From the NCBI GenBank assembly GCA_029762535.1, contig JARVGK010000011.1, forward strand, positions 1 through 47,336: a DNA stretch of 47,336 bases, given 5' to 3'. Both the position numbers and the translations under genes were made by a program. Every line of letters starts with the position of its first letter. Position 1 is the stretch's first letter. The stretch is from Thermoplasmatota archaeon (GTDB taxonomy: Archaea > Thermoplasmatota > Penumbrarchaeia > Penumbrarchaeales > Penumbrarchaeaceae). Below the pieces are notes generated by a model. That model saw nothing but the letters and a program-made list of their open reading frames with translations. It did not search any database and had not been told where the DNA came from. Shown here in pieces: positions 45,853-47,336 of the stretch.

Positions 45853-46083
45853 ATGGTCATGCCTCTCGCTCTTCTCGAGAAATACATTGGGAAGCCGGTC
45901 TCGGTCCTGTTGAAGGACGGAAGGACCATGGACGGGGACCTTGCAGGATACGATGAATACCTCAACATGGTACTTCACAGGGCCGAGGAGAAACAGGGCG
46001 AGAACATCAAGATCATAGGCGACGTCATTCTGAGGGGGAATAACGTCATCTCCATATCGCCGATCATATCCCGAGAGGGATGA
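45853..46083 (+). CDS. Sm/LSm-family RNA-binding protein
   Basis: PL.LL....GKPV.V.LK.G....G.L.GYDEYLNMVL..AEE (Sm1) and G.V.LRGNNV.SISP (Sm2). AGGTG RBS before ATG 45853. Confidence 0.93.
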   Translation: MVMPLALLEKYIGKPVSVLLKDGRTMDGDLAGYDEYLNMVLHRAEEKQGENIKIIGDVILRGNNVISISPIISREG

Positions 46084-46717
46084 TGGTGCAGGCCACGGGG
46101 ACTATGTTCGAGTCCATGCACCTTCGGTAGAGCTTTTCGAGGTCCTCTATAGTTTCCTCCAAATGGATCCCGATAAGCACATCATTTGTACCTCCTAGTA
46201 CGATACAATGGTCCGGCAGATGGGGGATCACCTCGGTATCGAAGCGGTTGAGCATTCCCAGGACAGTGTTACCGGCGATCCCCCTGTTGATGACGCTCTT
46301 TCCTGTGAGATCATGGAGGAAGTACGGGAAGTTGTTGGGGGGATCGATCCTCCTGTCGATGGGGATCCCGTTGCGGGAGATTTCGATCCTCATGGGATGC
46401 CCTTGAGTGTGGGAGTCGCCCAGGCATACTATCTGGGAGAGGCCTTCCGCGCAGTCGAAGTAGCCGTCGTAGAGGGCCTTTGCTATGAGTTGTTGTCCTT
46501 TTTCGTTGAGGTGGGCGTTGTCCCCGATGCCGAGATCGTCGCGTAGCTTCACATTGTTGTCGGGATCGACGAAGAGCGGGTAGAGATCGATGAGGGGGAT
46601 GCAGAGATCGTCCGCTGTTGTTCGGATCCACTCGTTGATGCGAAGGAGGGTGAGCCTGACGTTCTGAATGTATTCGTTTTCTGTTTTGAGTTTGAAGGCA
46701 CCCGTGTCGATCTCCAT
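46064..46717 (-). CDS. SGNH/GDSL hydrolase, apparently circularly permuted
   Basis: All four blocks are present but reordered: DNAH (aa 66-69) precedes GDS (aa 100-102), NRGIAG (aa 144-149) and GTND (aa 176-179). Confidence 0.8.
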   Translation of the reverse strand: MEIDTGAFKLKTENEYIQNVRLTLLRINEWIRTTADDLCIPLIDLYPLFVDPDNNVKLRDDLGIGDNAHLNEKGQQLIAKALYDGYFDCAEGLSQIVCLGDSHTQGHPMRIEISRNGIPIDRRIDPPNNFPYFLHDLTGKSVINRGIAGNTVLGMLNRFDTEVIPHLPDHCIVLGGTNDVLIGIHLEETIEDLEKLYRRCMDSNIVPVACTIIPLGI

Positions 46718-46896
46718 GTCGAAGGTATGTGGGTGGGAGTATTTGTTGTTTTTTTATGGGTGGGGATATTGATGTGGAAAGCATCCCCCTCAACGGGGAT
46801 GCTTTATCGATCCGGTCTTTGTAAATTTATATATACATTGTATCTATATAGTATATGTGATTAATTGAAGCTCCATAATCACGTTGAAGGAGGTGC

Positions 46897-47190
46897 ATGA
46901 AAATGAGCAAATGCCCGGAATGTGGAAAGACCCTCAAACTGGAAAAGAGGGAGATCTCTCCAGGGGTATATTCCAACGTTGAGGTCTGTCCCGGTTGTGA
47001 GGAAGAATGGCTCGATGAGAACGAGTACGAAGAGCTTCGAGCCCTTTTCAAAAGGAAGGTCTTCCGCGTAGGAGGTAGCCTGGCGGTGAGATTGCCCAAG
47101 GAGATCGCTGATGCCATCGGAATAAATGACGGGGATAACTTGAGGATCTCTGCCAAGGACCATAAGATAATCATCGAAACCGCCCCATAG
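46897..47190 (+). CDS. Zn-ribbon (YgiT/MqsA-type) fused to an AbrB/MazE/SpoVT DNA-binding domain; antitoxin-like regulator
   Basis: CPECG...CPGCEE.W, then RKVFRVGGSLAVRLPKEIA..IGI..GD.L. GGAGGTG RBS (start ATG 46897 or 46903). Confidence 0.82.
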   Translation: MKMSKCPECGKTLKLEKREISPGVYSNVEVCPGCEEEWLDENEYEELRALFKRKVFRVGGSLAVRLPKEIADAIGINDGDNLRISAKDHKIIIETAP

Positions 47191-47268
47191 TAATAAGTCC
47201 ACACTGAGACTTTTCTACCCACCCCGAGTGTGGCTAGGACCGTCTATCCAACCTATACAATACCATGT

Positions 47269-47280
47269 AAAGGTTTATAG
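47269..47280 (+). promoter_or_regulatory. BRE + TATA box (AAAGGTTTATA) upstream of the putative tRNA
   Basis: A purine-rich BRE is followed by TTTATA at 47274-47279, about 33 nt before the tRNA-like sequence. Confidence 0.55.
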
Positions 47281-47311
47281 GCATCACTTCGTTCCGCCTA
47301 TAAACCAACAT

Positions 47312-47336
47312 GGCCCCGATAGGGTAGCCTGGATAT
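47312..47336 (+). tRNA. 5' fragment of a tRNA truncated by the window end (possibly tRNA-His with encoded G-1; anticodon not visible)
   Basis: G-GCCCCGA-TA-GGGT-AGCCTGGATAT reads as a 7-nt acceptor strand, U8A9, D-stem and GG-containing D-loop. The TAGGGTAG...AT start resembles archaeal His/Pro tRNAs, and a GCC start with a preceding G favours His. Strong TATA upstream. Confidence 0.6.

Noticed and set aside
46718-47311. Possible mobile element or island carrying the AbrB gene next to the tRNA
   Set aside because: There is no transposase or integrase, no convincing terminal repeats (only a 7-bp GGGTGGG/CCCACCC match) and no target duplication in the window.
1-47336. Selenocysteine/pyrrolysine read-through, frameshifts, CRISPR arrays
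   Set aside because: The recognised genes are full length with standard stops and Cys at catalytic positions. I found no split genes and no regularly spaced DNA repeats by eye.

Overview
Gene-dense, GC-rich chromosomal window from an archaeon. The archaeal call rests on the PolD large subunit DP2, an Sm/LSm protein and BRE/TATA-type promoters. The gene content (gingipain-like C25 protease, many membrane-anchored Ig/PKD proteins, tungsten-type oxidoreductase) suggests an anaerobic, peptide-degrading Thermoplasmatota-like lineage, but that is inference. I can support about 32 CDSs and probably the 5' end of a tRNA at the right edge. I see no transposase, integrase, CRISPR array, intein or rRNA. 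Contents, left to right: a truncated cadherin/PKD surface protein; heteromeric ATP-citrate lyase (aclB-aclA) divergent from paaK; a 1317-aa C25 peptidase; a 5-PAS histidine kinase; an operon of ferredoxin-like subunit, AOR/WOR, MoaD/ThiS and a small Cys protein; isochorismatase; an FN3/Ig surface protein; mntP; a phosphoesterase; polC; ahpC; a methyltransferase. A 17-kb minus-strand block follows, with a giant DUF4129-type Ig surface protein, a DUF4350-like protein, MoxR, DUF58, a polytopic membrane protein, a LolCDE/MacB-like ABC system and a 7-blade FG-GAP (integrin-alpha-like) single-pass protein with a cytoplasmic Zn ribbon. The window ends with gpmI, DUF92, a 10-CxxC Zn protein, LSm, an SGNH hydrolase and a Zn-finger/AbrB protein. 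Most notable observations: (1) the SGNH hydrolase appears naturally circularly permuted; (2) the MoxR-centred cell-surface module with shared Cys-free Asp-rich repeats, beside an integrin-like receptor and a type VII ABC system, is the best candidate for an undescribed system; (3) two unrelated surface proteins share a TM-basic-W(D/E)D C-terminus; (4) ATP-citrate lyase occurs in an apparently heterotrophic archaeon. All family assignments come from motifs read by eye; no database search was run.
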